Source: Candidatus Poribacteria bacterium (lineage in GTDB: Bacteria; Poribacteria; WGA-4E; PCPOR2b). From it: DNA of 64,000 nucleotides. Shown here piece after piece: positions 19,031 through 27,812 of this stretch. Positions within the stretch are counted from its first letter, which is position 1. Each line of letters opens with the position of its first letter. Location: NCBI GenBank assembly GCA_965198175.1, contig OZ240245.1, positions 1,920,001 to 1,984,000 of the forward strand, read 5' to 3'. The notes under the pieces were generated by a model, which ran no database searches, had not been told where the DNA came from, and worked only from the letters and a program-made list of their open reading frames with translations. Made by a program: the position numbers and the translations under genes.

Positions 19031-20131
19031 TTGAGTACCAGCCAAGCGGATGTTATTATTATTGGTGGCGGTGTCATCGGCTGTGCAATTGCCTACAACC
19101 TCGCCAAAGCGCAAGTAAAGTCTCTCATCATTGAGAAAGCAGCGGGAGTTGGGCAAGAAGCATCACAGGCGGGTGCAGGCATCTTGGCTTCCCATGCCTC
19201 AACCCGAGAACCGTATGCGGAGTTGTGTCGTGCAAGTCTTGCGCTTTATCCGTCGCTGGCGGAGGAGTTAAAAGCCCAGACCCAGATTGACATTGAGTTT
19301 ATCCAATCCGGCTCAATTGCTGTATTTTCCACTGACGCAGAAAAAAAGAGATTGATAAGTCTGGCAGAACGACGTGTCGAGCGTGGGTTTTCTGCGGAAG
19401 TGCTGACTGTCGCGCAGGTGTGGGAGTTAGAACCCGCCATTTCAAGAACGGTGGCTGGCGGTGTTCGCTTTCCCCACGATGCTCAGGTCAGAAGCACCAA
19501 GCTTTCCAAAGCACTCGCGAAGGGGGCGGCACGGCTCGGGACGCGGTTTTTGTTCGGCAATCCAGTCACCGCTTTTTTGCGAAAGGCGGAACACGTCATT
19601 GGGGTTGAGGTTAATGGCGAAGCGTACTACGGAGAGTCCATCGTGATCGCCGCGGGGTGTTGGTCAGGCACAGTCGCCGGTCTCCTCGGCTACTCTCTGG
19701 CCATCGAGCCTGTACGCGGGCAGATTGTGTTGACTGAAGCAATGCCGCCGCTCCTTCGGCATATCATTGACGGATTTGGCGTTTATCTCGTCCCTCGATC
19801 TGACGGGAAAATCTTGATTGGCGCCACAGTTGAATTTGTCGGCTACGACAACCGAACAACGTTGGGAGGCATACAGGGGATGGTTCAAGCCGGTACTAAA
19901 TTGATGCCAGCGCTCGCTGAGAAATCGCTCGTTGAGGCATGGTCTGGATTGCGCCCCTATACAAAAAGGGTTCCTATTCTTGGGAGACTTCCCGGATTCG
20001 ATAATGTGATTGTCGCATCGGGGCATTACAAAAATGGCATCCTCCTCTCGCCGATTACAGGCAAATTAATCTGTGAGCTGATTATGACGGGTCGTCCATC
20101 AATGCCGCTTCAGCCATTTTGCCTTGATTAA
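19031..20131 (+). CDS. thiO: Glycine oxidase
   Basis: GGGVIG FAD motif, 'ASQAGAGIL', 'PVRGQ', 'YLVPRSDG', 'GLRP', 'GHYKNGILLSP'. Confidence 0.82.
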   Translation: MSTSQADVIIIGGGVIGCAIAYNLAKAQVKSLIIEKAAGVGQEASQAGAGILASHASTREPYAELCRASLALYPSLAEELKAQTQIDIEFIQSGSIAVFSTDAEKKRLISLAERRVERGFSAEVLTVAQVWELEPAISRTVAGGVRFPHDAQVRSTKLSKALAKGAARLGTRFLFGNPVTAFLRKAEHVIGVEVNGEAYYGESIVIAAGCWSGTVAGLLGYSLAIEPVRGQIVLTEAMPPLLRHIIDGFGVYLVPRSDGKILIGATVEFVGYDNRTTLGGIQGMVQAGTKLMPALAEKSLVEAWSGLRPYTKRVPILGRLPGFDNVIVASGHYKNGILLSPITGKLICELIMTGRPSMPLQPFCLD

Positions 20132-20278
20132 GCGAAAGCTAATCTCAATAATCAAAGTAACACGTTGGCGGGGATTGACCTGTTCTAACTCCCGCTTGCG
20201 GGGAGGATAAAGGGAGGTAAGGAACCCGGGAGAAAGATTTTCATCGTGCTTTACTAGACTTCGACAGTCTCTCTCAGT

Positions 20279-21322
20279 GTGAACATGATACAAAACAAGC
20301 CTCTGATAACAGTAGCGGCGTCGGAAATCGTTACAATCCTGTTGCTTCTGTCTTTCTTGACGGCACCCTTCATCGGCTGTGATGATAACAACCCGTTAGT
20401 CAAAATCGGTGTCAGCGTGCCGGAGACGACAGCACCGGTTTATCTACTCATGAAACAAGCGATGATTGAGCATGAACAGGAACACGAGGTCGAAATTTTG
20501 TGGAATGAAGTGCGGCATGAGGGACCGCAACAGGATAACGTTGTATTGGAAAGGCGTCAAGTCCAAGAGATGTTTGAAGCTGGGGTTCGGGCACTGATCT
20601 TGAAGCCCGTCGATGGAAGTGCCGCCTATCCGATTTTGATGGAGGCGCGTCGCTGGCGTGTTCCTGTTATTTCCCTGGATCAGATGTTAGTGAGTATGCC
20701 GGTGCGAGGTCATATCACCGTTGACGAGGTGATGCTCGGAGAAGAAGCTGCTCGATACGCGGTCGCGAAGATTGGAAATAAGGGAAATGTTCTACTTCTG
20801 GAGGGATCTGCTGGAAATGAGTCCCTGCGGAACATTGCGATAGGTGTTTACCGCGTTTTAGACCAATACCCTGACGCAATTCATGTGTTTGCGCGCCCAT
20901 CGGCGCTCACTGTGGAGGCAGCATTCGACTATACCAATCGGATGCTGAAGAACTATGCGGGGAACATCCAAGCGATTATTGCAGTGGACAGCACACTCGC
21001 AGTCGGTGCAGTCCGTGGTGTTCAGTTGCATGAGCTTGTAGATAGAATCATCACTGTCGGCGTTGGGGCGGGCGAAGAGGCGTGTCGTCAGATTATGTCC
21101 AAGCAGCACGACGCAGAAGTCGATCTGATGCCTTATGAACGAGGACTCGCAGCGTTCAAAGCTGCTATCAATGCCATGCACGACCAATCATTTGCTTATG
21201 ATGCCCAATTGCCCAATGGTGAAATCTTTACTAAAACGAAATTTGGTCCGGTTCGCCTCATCACTTCCGTGAATTTTAGAGTGCTTGAACGGATGTGGCC
21301 AGATTTGTTCCTCCAGAAATAA
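20279..21322 (+). CDS. Sugar ABC-type substrate-binding lipoprotein
   Basis: Lipobox-like FIGC, 'GVRALILKPVD', 'VPVISLD'; periplasmic binding protein type I pattern. Confidence 0.75.
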   Translation: MNMIQNKPLITVAASEIVTILLLLSFLTAPFIGCDDNNPLVKIGVSVPETTAPVYLLMKQAMIEHEQEHEVEILWNEVRHEGPQQDNVVLERRQVQEMFEAGVRALILKPVDGSAAYPILMEARRWRVPVISLDQMLVSMPVRGHITVDEVMLGEEAARYAVAKIGNKGNVLLLEGSAGNESLRNIAIGVYRVLDQYPDAIHVFARPSALTVEAAFDYTNRMLKNYAGNIQAIIAVDSTLAVGAVRGVQLHELVDRIITVGVGAGEEACRQIMSKQHDAEVDLMPYERGLAAFKAAINAMHDQSFAYDAQLPNGEIFTKTKFGPVRLITSVNFRVLERMWPDLFLQK

Positions 21323-21357
21323 ACGAGCTACATCAACAAATCGGGAAGGAGAACCTC

Positions 21358-21903
21358 ATGATGGGAAAGCTAGTCGAGTTATTAGTTATCGGCTTTGTCG
21401 CTTGCGTTTCCACTGCGGCAAACCAAGAGGAAGCTAACAAGCCACTCCAGGTTGGCGATAAAGCACCGGATTTTGTGCTGCAAGACGCCACCGATCAAAC
21501 GCATTCGCTCAAGAAGTTGCGTGGCAAGGTTGTCGTTCTAATCATGGGAAATCGTAAGATACAGAAAGAAGATGATAAATGGGCACATGCCTTTCATAAG
21601 GATTATCAAGGGAACAATCGAATCGTAGCATACATCATCGCTGATATGCGGAGCGTTCCTCGGTTCGTTCCCAAAGGGCTCATTAAGAGACAACTCAAGA
21701 AAAACAAACCTCCAGTAACGCTGTTACTCGATTGGAAAGGCGAAACCCATGTAACTTACCGGACGCAAAAAGAGAAGCCGAACCTCTATATAGTGAATCC
21801 CGATGGTAACATAGCATTTCACATCAAAGCGAACTTCGGTGAAGACATGTACAAAAAACTGAAAGCCGTAATTGTGAATGAAATTGCCAAAATTAAGAAA
21901 TGA
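21358..21903 (+). CDS. Exported redoxin/AhpC-TSA-fold protein without a catalytic Cys
   Basis: 'LQVGDKAPDFVLQD', 'LRGKVVVL', 'LLLDW', 'PNLYIVNPDGNI'; no CxxC. Confidence 0.7.
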   Translation: MMGKLVELLVIGFVACVSTAANQEEANKPLQVGDKAPDFVLQDATDQTHSLKKLRGKVVVLIMGNRKIQKEDDKWAHAFHKDYQGNNRIVAYIIADMRSVPRFVPKGLIKRQLKKNKPPVTLLLDWKGETHVTYRTQKEKPNLYIVNPDGNIAFHIKANFGEDMYKKLKAVIVNEIAKIKK

Positions 21904-21914
21904 AAGGGAACTGC

Positions 21915-22457
21915 ATGGCACCAAAGACTATATCATCAAAAAGTACATTGGTCAGCATTGTTATGGGAAGTGATTCGGATCTTGAGTGCATGGCTGAAGC
22001 TGCCAAGATTCTAGAGGCGTTTGAAGTTCCGTATGAGATAACAATTTCGTCAGCCCACAGATCGCCGGAACGAACGATAGACTATGCCACAAATGCCCGA
22101 AATCGGGGAAATCATGTGATTATCGCAGGCGCCGGTCGCGCCGCCCATCTTGCTGGCGTGATTGCTGCCCACACAACACTTCCTGTCATTGGGGTTCCGG
22201 TTGATGGAGGACCACTTAACGGGGTCGATGCACTCTATGCAACAGTGCAGATGCCGCCAGGCATTCCTGTGGCAACAGTGGCGATTGGATCCAGCGGGGC
22301 GCGAAACGCGGGCATTCTCGCTGTCCAAATTCTCGCACTGAAATTCTCGGAACTCGACGTTAAACTTGAAGACTACAAAGCCAAACTCAGCGAGGGGGTG
22401 GCACAAAAAGCCGCGCGGTTATCGGAGATTGGCTATCAGAAGTACTTAACGAAATAA
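21915..22457 (+). CDS. purE: N5-CAIR mutase
   Basis: 'MGSDSD', 'SAHRSP', 'AAHLAGV', 'VQMPPGIPVATVAI'. Confidence 0.96.
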   Translation: MAPKTISSKSTLVSIVMGSDSDLECMAEAAKILEAFEVPYEITISSAHRSPERTIDYATNARNRGNHVIIAGAGRAAHLAGVIAAHTTLPVIGVPVDGGPLNGVDALYATVQMPPGIPVATVAIGSSGARNAGILAVQILALKFSELDVKLEDYKAKLSEGVAQKAARLSEIGYQKYLTK

Positions 22458-22524
22458 TATTCATGCACATTTCGATAATTTCCAGATATTTCAAATTCTG
22501 AATCAATTCTATTGTTCTTCTAAA

Positions 22525-22947
22525 ATGGCTCAAACTTTTCGCACGCATAGTCCGGAAGAAACGCAAGCAATCGGGGAGCATGTCGGGCAAATCCTCAAAC
22601 CCGGTGACATTGTTGCCCTCATCGGCGATCTCGGGGCGGGAAAAACTTGCCTGACGCAGGGCATTGCACGCGGGGCGAAAATCGATCCCAATCAGATTGT
22701 CAACAGCCCTTCTTACACCCTGATAAACCAATATACAGGCAAAATCCCAATTTACCATATAGATCTCTATCGGCTTCACCGCCGGGAAGAGATTATAGAT
22801 CTCGGCTTAGAAGAATATTTGGAGGGAGACGGCGTCTGTATTATTGAATGGGCGGATCGAATGCTTGACCTGCTCCCTGAAGGTTACATGGAGATTAAGT
22901 TAAACTGGGAGGATGAGTTTGTACGTACTATCGAATACAACTACTAG
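22525..22947 (+). CDS. tsaE: tRNA threonylcarbamoyladenosine biosynthesis ATPase
   Basis: 'GDLGAGKT', 'SPSYTL', 'HIDLYRL', 'IEWA'. Confidence 0.95.
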   Translation: MAQTFRTHSPEETQAIGEHVGQILKPGDIVALIGDLGAGKTCLTQGIARGAKIDPNQIVNSPSYTLINQYTGKIPIYHIDLYRLHRREEIIDLGLEEYLEGDGVCIIEWADRMLDLLPEGYMEIKLNWEDEFVRTIEYNY

Positions 22948-23114
22948 AACTTGGGTTTATCAGAAAGTGGGCCAAGAAAAAATGTGGGGAGCAAACAGAG
23001 GCATCCCTTCACGATTTCAGTCCGAGCGAATTCGCCGTCATTGAACAAAACGACAATCCCGAACAAAATCAATAACGAAAGGAGGAGTGGCATATTAGCA
23101 CGCCTCACATTCCC

Positions 23115-24503
23115 GTGAAACAACAACCCAACATCATACTCATGGGGGTTGACTCCTTGCGAGCCGATCACATGAGCTGTTACGGCTATCAGCGCTTTAC
23201 TACACCGCACATCGACCGATGCGCCCAAAGTGGAACGCTCTTTGAGCGAACTTACAGTCCACATATTCCGACGACAAGTGCCTATGCGTCAATGCTCACC
23301 GGTATGGATTGCTTCAGTACGCAGGTCGTAGCGCTGCTACATAAAGGACCACTCAGACCGGAAGTGAAAACGCTGGCGGAGATACTCCGCGACGCAGGCT
23401 ATAACACCACCTGCGTTGGCTTCGGCGGAAACCCGAGCTCACGCGGTTTTGACAAATACCTAGACTATCCAGGCTGGGGTAGTTGGGCGGAAGGACGCAG
23501 CCCGAAAGCACAAAATCTCAACAACGTGGCGATCCCAGAACTAGATCGGCTGATTGACCAGCATGAACCTTTTTTCTTGTTCCTCCGCCACATGGACCCG
23601 CACGCCCCCTATTTGCCGCCCGAACCATATGTGCGCATGTTATACCACGGGGACGAATGTGACCCGAACAACAAATCGATGGAACCTGTGATGAACTTTA
23701 AACCGTTCTGCGATTTTTTCGCCAGTTGGATGCCACCCGGCATAACGGATAAAGATTACGTCATCGCCCAATACGACGGGGCAATCGCTTATATGGACGC
23801 CTGTATTCAGACAATCTTCACAGCGCTCAATGCCCGTAGCATCTTGGACGAAACCATCGTCATCATCAACGGAGATCACGGTGAAACGCTCTACGACCAT
23901 GAATGCTGGTTCGATCATCATGGGCTCTACGACCCCACCTTGCATGTGCCCTTGATTATCCGGTACCCCAGTAAGATTCCCGCCGGTGTGCGGGTCAGCG
24001 GTTATAACCAGCACAAAGACCTCGTGCCAACCATTCTCGAACTGGCAGAAATCGGGACTGAGGTCGAATTTGACGGCAAGAGCATGATCCCGATGGTCAA
24101 CGGTGAAGCTGCTTCTTACGAAAGTGAATTTTACATCACCGAATGCACTTGGATGCGGAAGCACGGCTGGCGCACGTCAGAATGGAAGTTAATTCGCGCC
24201 CTTGAGCCTGACCTCCATTTTAAGCCGATGGTAGAACTTTACAACCTTATTGAAGACCCTCGTGAAAATCACAATCTCGCGGAGGCAAATCCAGATATCG
24301 TTGCTACATTTGAGACACGGATGCAAAGATGGATTGAAAGGCGTGAGCGCGAAACTGACATGGAAAACCCGATGATGACTCAAGGCGATTGGCACGGTCA
24401 TGAAGGGGTAGGTCCTTTCAAAAGCTCCCAACAAGCTTATGATACCATGCACATCGGCGATCCAGGTCAGGCAGCACGAATGCAAGCTGAAGCCAGAAAA
24501 TAA
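23115..24503 (+). CDS. Sulfatase/alkaline-phosphatase-superfamily hydrolase
   Basis: 'PNIILMGVDSLRADH', 'DPHAPY', 'GDHGE', 'HVPLIIRYP', 'ELYNL-x-EDP-x-E'; non-canonical active-site motif. Confidence 0.85.
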   Translation: MKQQPNIILMGVDSLRADHMSCYGYQRFTTPHIDRCAQSGTLFERTYSPHIPTTSAYASMLTGMDCFSTQVVALLHKGPLRPEVKTLAEILRDAGYNTTCVGFGGNPSSRGFDKYLDYPGWGSWAEGRSPKAQNLNNVAIPELDRLIDQHEPFFLFLRHMDPHAPYLPPEPYVRMLYHGDECDPNNKSMEPVMNFKPFCDFFASWMPPGITDKDYVIAQYDGAIAYMDACIQTIFTALNARSILDETIVIINGDHGETLYDHECWFDHHGLYDPTLHVPLIIRYPSKIPAGVRVSGYNQHKDLVPTILELAEIGTEVEFDGKSMIPMVNGEAASYESEFYITECTWMRKHGWRTSEWKLIRALEPDLHFKPMVELYNLIEDPRENHNLAEANPDIVATFETRMQRWIERRERETDMENPMMTQGDWHGHEGVGPFKSSQQAYDTMHIGDPGQAARMQAEARK

Positions 24504-24623
24504 AAACATTTTATATTGAGTGTGACCGATGATTTGTCCTCTCATCTTAGTGTTGTGTAACAATGTTCAAATCTTGTATTTAAACTTACTGAGTTACTCC
24601 ATCTTCTAAGGAGGGAAAAACAG

Positions 24624-24809
24624 ATGCCAATCTATGAATATGAGTGCAAAGCATGCGCATCCAAATTTGAAACCTTACAGCGCATCAATGCAGATAACCA
24701 AGATCTCGTTTGCCCAATTTGCGGTGCACCTGAACCGAAAAAAGTCTTTTCACGCTTTGCATCTTTGGGAGTCGAGAAAGGAGCGGCATGTCAGACAGGA
24801 TCGACATGA
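24624..24809 (+). CDS. FmdB-family zinc-ribbon protein (possible UGA read-through to 24833)
   Basis: MPIYEYECKAC...CPICG; AGGAGG RBS. Confidence 0.85.
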   Translation: MPIYEYECKACASKFETLQRINADNQDLVCPICGAPEPKKVFSRFASLGVEKGAACQTGST

Positions 24810-24914
24810 GCGCTACCTGGGCCGGACAGTTAGTCCAAACGGGCAGCGGAAGTTGAAAATATCCCGAGTCTTCGCGAAGCCTTTGGCGTTAATTTCGAAT
24901 ATCGCTTAAAATTC

Positions 24915-24960
24915 AGACAGCATATTGCATAAAATTTGAGCAATATGCTGTCTTTTTTTT
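24915..24960 (+). terminator. Rho-independent terminator
   Basis: Perfect 14-bp stem AGACAGCATATTGC/GCAATATGCTGTCT followed by a T-run. Confidence 0.8.
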
Positions 24961-25119
24961 GTTAGCAGTGATTGAGTACGGGTGTTTTACAATACAAACT
25001 TGCCGCTAGTGAAATCGTGTTGAAAAGTGCCGTGAACCTTGGCAGTTTCTATGATTGTGTTGAGAAAGACGAGACGCTGTGATTCGATGATTGTAGCGCG
25101 CTAGAAACCAGAAGAGATT

Positions 25120-25136
25120 TTGGCATCTCTCTTGCT
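25120..25136 (+). promoter_or_regulatory. Sigma54 (-24/-12) promoter of the urea cluster
   Basis: TTGGCATCTCTCTTGCT: GG-N10-GC matching TGGCAC-N5-TTGCW. Confidence 0.75.
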
Positions 25137-25329
25137 TGTCTTATTTAGATACTGTGTTACAAAACAGGATTCTTTACCTGTTTTCAATATTCCTTAAAAT
25201 CTTTGTTAAAACCTGTGACGCTAAGGTATATCCTCGTTAAGATTTTGGTTTTTGGAGTTTAGCGGAAGGTTATACAGGTTAACAAGGTGAAAGGTAGAGA
25301 TTTTCCATCACAAATTTGGAGATTTTTTC

Positions 25330-26268
25330 ATGAAAAAATTCGCACTACCCACACTGCTTTTTGTTGTTCTCGCGTTCACCACAGGCAATCTCAGCGCAGA
25401 AATAAAATTGACGGACAACCTGTCATTATCGGGTTTTCTGGATATGTCAACCGTTACGACAATGGGTGATGAGACCGAGGTAGGTCTGTATTTTGATCAG
25501 TTCGAGTTAGATTTCCATCTTGACTACGGTTCAGTTACTGGGCGTATTGATGTTGATAGTACAGATGATGCACAGGGAATCAAACTGGAACAAGGGTTTG
25601 TGACATACATGCTCCCCGAAGATGTCATTTCCGGTGTAAGTATCACCGCTGGTAGATTTCTCAGTTCGTTCGGCTTTGAGGCTGCAGAGCCGACAGGTCT
25701 CTATCAATATTCCTTTTCTGAGGGTATTCCTTATCCTGGGTATCAGAACGGTGTCGCAGTCAATGTCAACCCCGTTAAAGAGATAGGAATTTACGTCGCG
25801 CTGTTGTCCGGCGTCTGGGATGTGAACGACACGGATGTGAAAAGCCCGGGTGTTGAGGCACAACTAGCGCTTATGCCAATCGATCAAATTACCGCGAAGG
25901 TCGGCTATGCGATGGACAAAATGGATGACTATTCACAGAGTGAAATCAACGCTTGGGTGCAATTCACCCAGGGACCGTTAACCCTCGCTGGAGAAATTGA
26001 CCTGTTGGGTAACTGGGATGCTGACGGGAATAACGGCATACACTTTTTGGGGATGGCAAATGTTTCGCTGGAAGATGCGATTTCAGCGCCTGTTGCTGTA
26101 ACCGTCCGTTTCAGTGGCATTAGTCTGGATGATGCGGACAGCTCCACAGAGTTCACGTTCAGTCCATCTTATACAGCGACGGACAACTGGTTACTTCTCG
26201 CCGAATTCAAACAGCGTATTGACGCCGAAGAAACAATCATTGCAGCCGAATCCCTTTTTACGTTCTAA
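25330..26268 (+). CDS. Outer-membrane beta-barrel porin, probably for urea/amide uptake
   Basis: Signal peptide, amphipathic strands, C-terminal Phe; first gene of the urt cluster. Confidence 0.75.
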   Translation: MKKFALPTLLFVVLAFTTGNLSAEIKLTDNLSLSGFLDMSTVTTMGDETEVGLYFDQFELDFHLDYGSVTGRIDVDSTDDAQGIKLEQGFVTYMLPEDVISGVSITAGRFLSSFGFEAAEPTGLYQYSFSEGIPYPGYQNGVAVNVNPVKEIGIYVALLSGVWDVNDTDVKSPGVEAQLALMPIDQITAKVGYAMDKMDDYSQSEINAWVQFTQGPLTLAGEIDLLGNWDADGNNGIHFLGMANVSLEDAISAPVAVTVRFSGISLDDADSSTEFTFSPSYTATDNWLLLAEFKQRIDAEETIIAAESLFTF

Positions 26269-26310
26269 ATGAAAACCTCGTAGGTATAAAACTCTTAAGG
26301 AGATCACTGT

Positions 26311-27621
26311 ATGTTTCGGTTTAAACCAAAATTGCGCAGTACCGTTACGATTAGTTTGCTACTTTTGGCTGTTGGAATGCTGGGCGTCACGCAGGTGAAT
26401 GCCGGGCATCATGAAGTAAAAATTGGGGTACTACACTCGTTAAGTGGTACAATGGCAATCTCTGAGACCTCTCTCAAAGACGTTGTCCAGATGGCGGTTG
26501 AAGAGATTAACGCGGATGGCGGCGTGATGGGTAAGCAGATAAAACCAGTCGTCGTTGACCCGGCTAGTGACTGGGACCTGTTCGCTGAAAAAGCCAAGGA
26601 TTTAATTGTTAAAGAAAAAGTCGCAGTTGTCTTCGGGTGCTGGACATCTGTGAGCCGGAAATCTGTCCTCCCTGTTTTTGAGGAAAATAACTCTCTGCTT
26701 TTCTACCCGGTTCAGTACGAAGGTGAAGAGCAGTCGCTTAACGTTTTCTACACTGCCGCGTCTCCAAATCAGCAGTTGGTTCCTGCGGCGGAATACATGA
26801 TGGAAGAAATCGGGTCCAAAAAATTCTACCTTCTGGGAACGGACTATGTATTTCCACGTACGGCGAACAAGGTGTTGAAAGCGTTCTTGAAGACGAAGGG
26901 TGTCCCCGATGAGAACATAGTCGAGGAGTACACGCCGTTCCACCACCAAGATTATCAAACCATCGTAGGGAAGATTAAGACATTCGCCGCGGGTGGCGAC
27001 GCTTGTGTGCTTTCCACGATTAACGGCGACAGCAACGTGCCTTTCTACAAGGAATTCGCCAACCAAGGGTTGACATCCGACGACTGCCCGATTATGGCGT
27101 TCTCTGTCGCGGAAGATGAGTTGCGAGCGATGGATGTGCCGCCTCTCGTTGGACACCTCGCCAGCTGGAATTATTTCCAGAGCATAAAAACGCGCGAAAA
27201 CAAGAAATTTGTTAAGAACTTCAAGGCGTTCTGCGAGCGGAATAATCTGCCCGGTGGCTCAGACCGGGTCACGGATGACCCGATCGAAGCCGCTTACTTT
27301 GGCGTATACGTCTGGAAGGCGGCTGTTGAGAAGGCAAAGTCCTTCGATGTTGATAAGGTCCGAGAGGCTGTCTACGGCTTGGAATTTGACGCACCCGGCG
27401 GCAAGAAGATGATGCACGCAAGCAACCAGCATACGCTCAAGCCGGTTTACGTCGGCGAAATCAAGAAGAACGGTCAGTTCAAGATTGTCTACAAATCAGA
27501 TGGATTAGTTTCGCCCGATTCCTACAGCAAATATCTCCACCCGGATGGCAATTTCCCCGCACCGACCGGCGGTCCAAAGGCTAAGGATGGAGATGTAGCC
27601 GTTGAATCGTCCGAAGAATAA
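26311..27621 (+). CDS. urtA: Urea ABC transporter substrate-binding protein
   Basis: 'GVLHSLSGTMAISE', 'FGCWTSVSRK', 'YPVQYEG', 'DYVFPRT'. Confidence 0.95.
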   Translation: MFRFKPKLRSTVTISLLLLAVGMLGVTQVNAGHHEVKIGVLHSLSGTMAISETSLKDVVQMAVEEINADGGVMGKQIKPVVVDPASDWDLFAEKAKDLIVKEKVAVVFGCWTSVSRKSVLPVFEENNSLLFYPVQYEGEEQSLNVFYTAASPNQQLVPAAEYMMEEIGSKKFYLLGTDYVFPRTANKVLKAFLKTKGVPDENIVEEYTPFHHQDYQTIVGKIKTFAAGGDACVLSTINGDSNVPFYKEFANQGLTSDDCPIMAFSVAEDELRAMDVPPLVGHLASWNYFQSIKTRENKKFVKNFKAFCERNNLPGGSDRVTDDPIEAAYFGVYVWKAAVEKAKSFDVDKVREAVYGLEFDAPGGKKMMHASNQHTLKPVYVGEIKKNGQFKIVYKSDGLVSPDSYSKYLHPDGNFPAPTGGPKAKDGDVAVESSEE

Positions 27622-27636
27622 CTGAGCTTGTGCCCC

Positions 27637-27682
27637 GCCGTTAGAAAGTGGCTCTTTTGCCAAAGTCTAATGGCTTTTTATT
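27637..27682 (+). terminator. Intercistronic stem-loop/terminator after urtA
   Basis: GCCGTTAGA...TCTAATGGC followed by T-rich sequence. Confidence 0.5.
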
Positions 27683-27812
27683 TTAAGAGAGTTCGGAAAG
27701 CGTAAGGTGTCTTCGGATGCTTTACGCTTTCCGAATTACATCTTGCAAATCGAACTTTCGCAAGGTCAAAATCCTCCCACTTTCTTGCGAAGGCGATCTG
27801 AGGTGTATCCCC

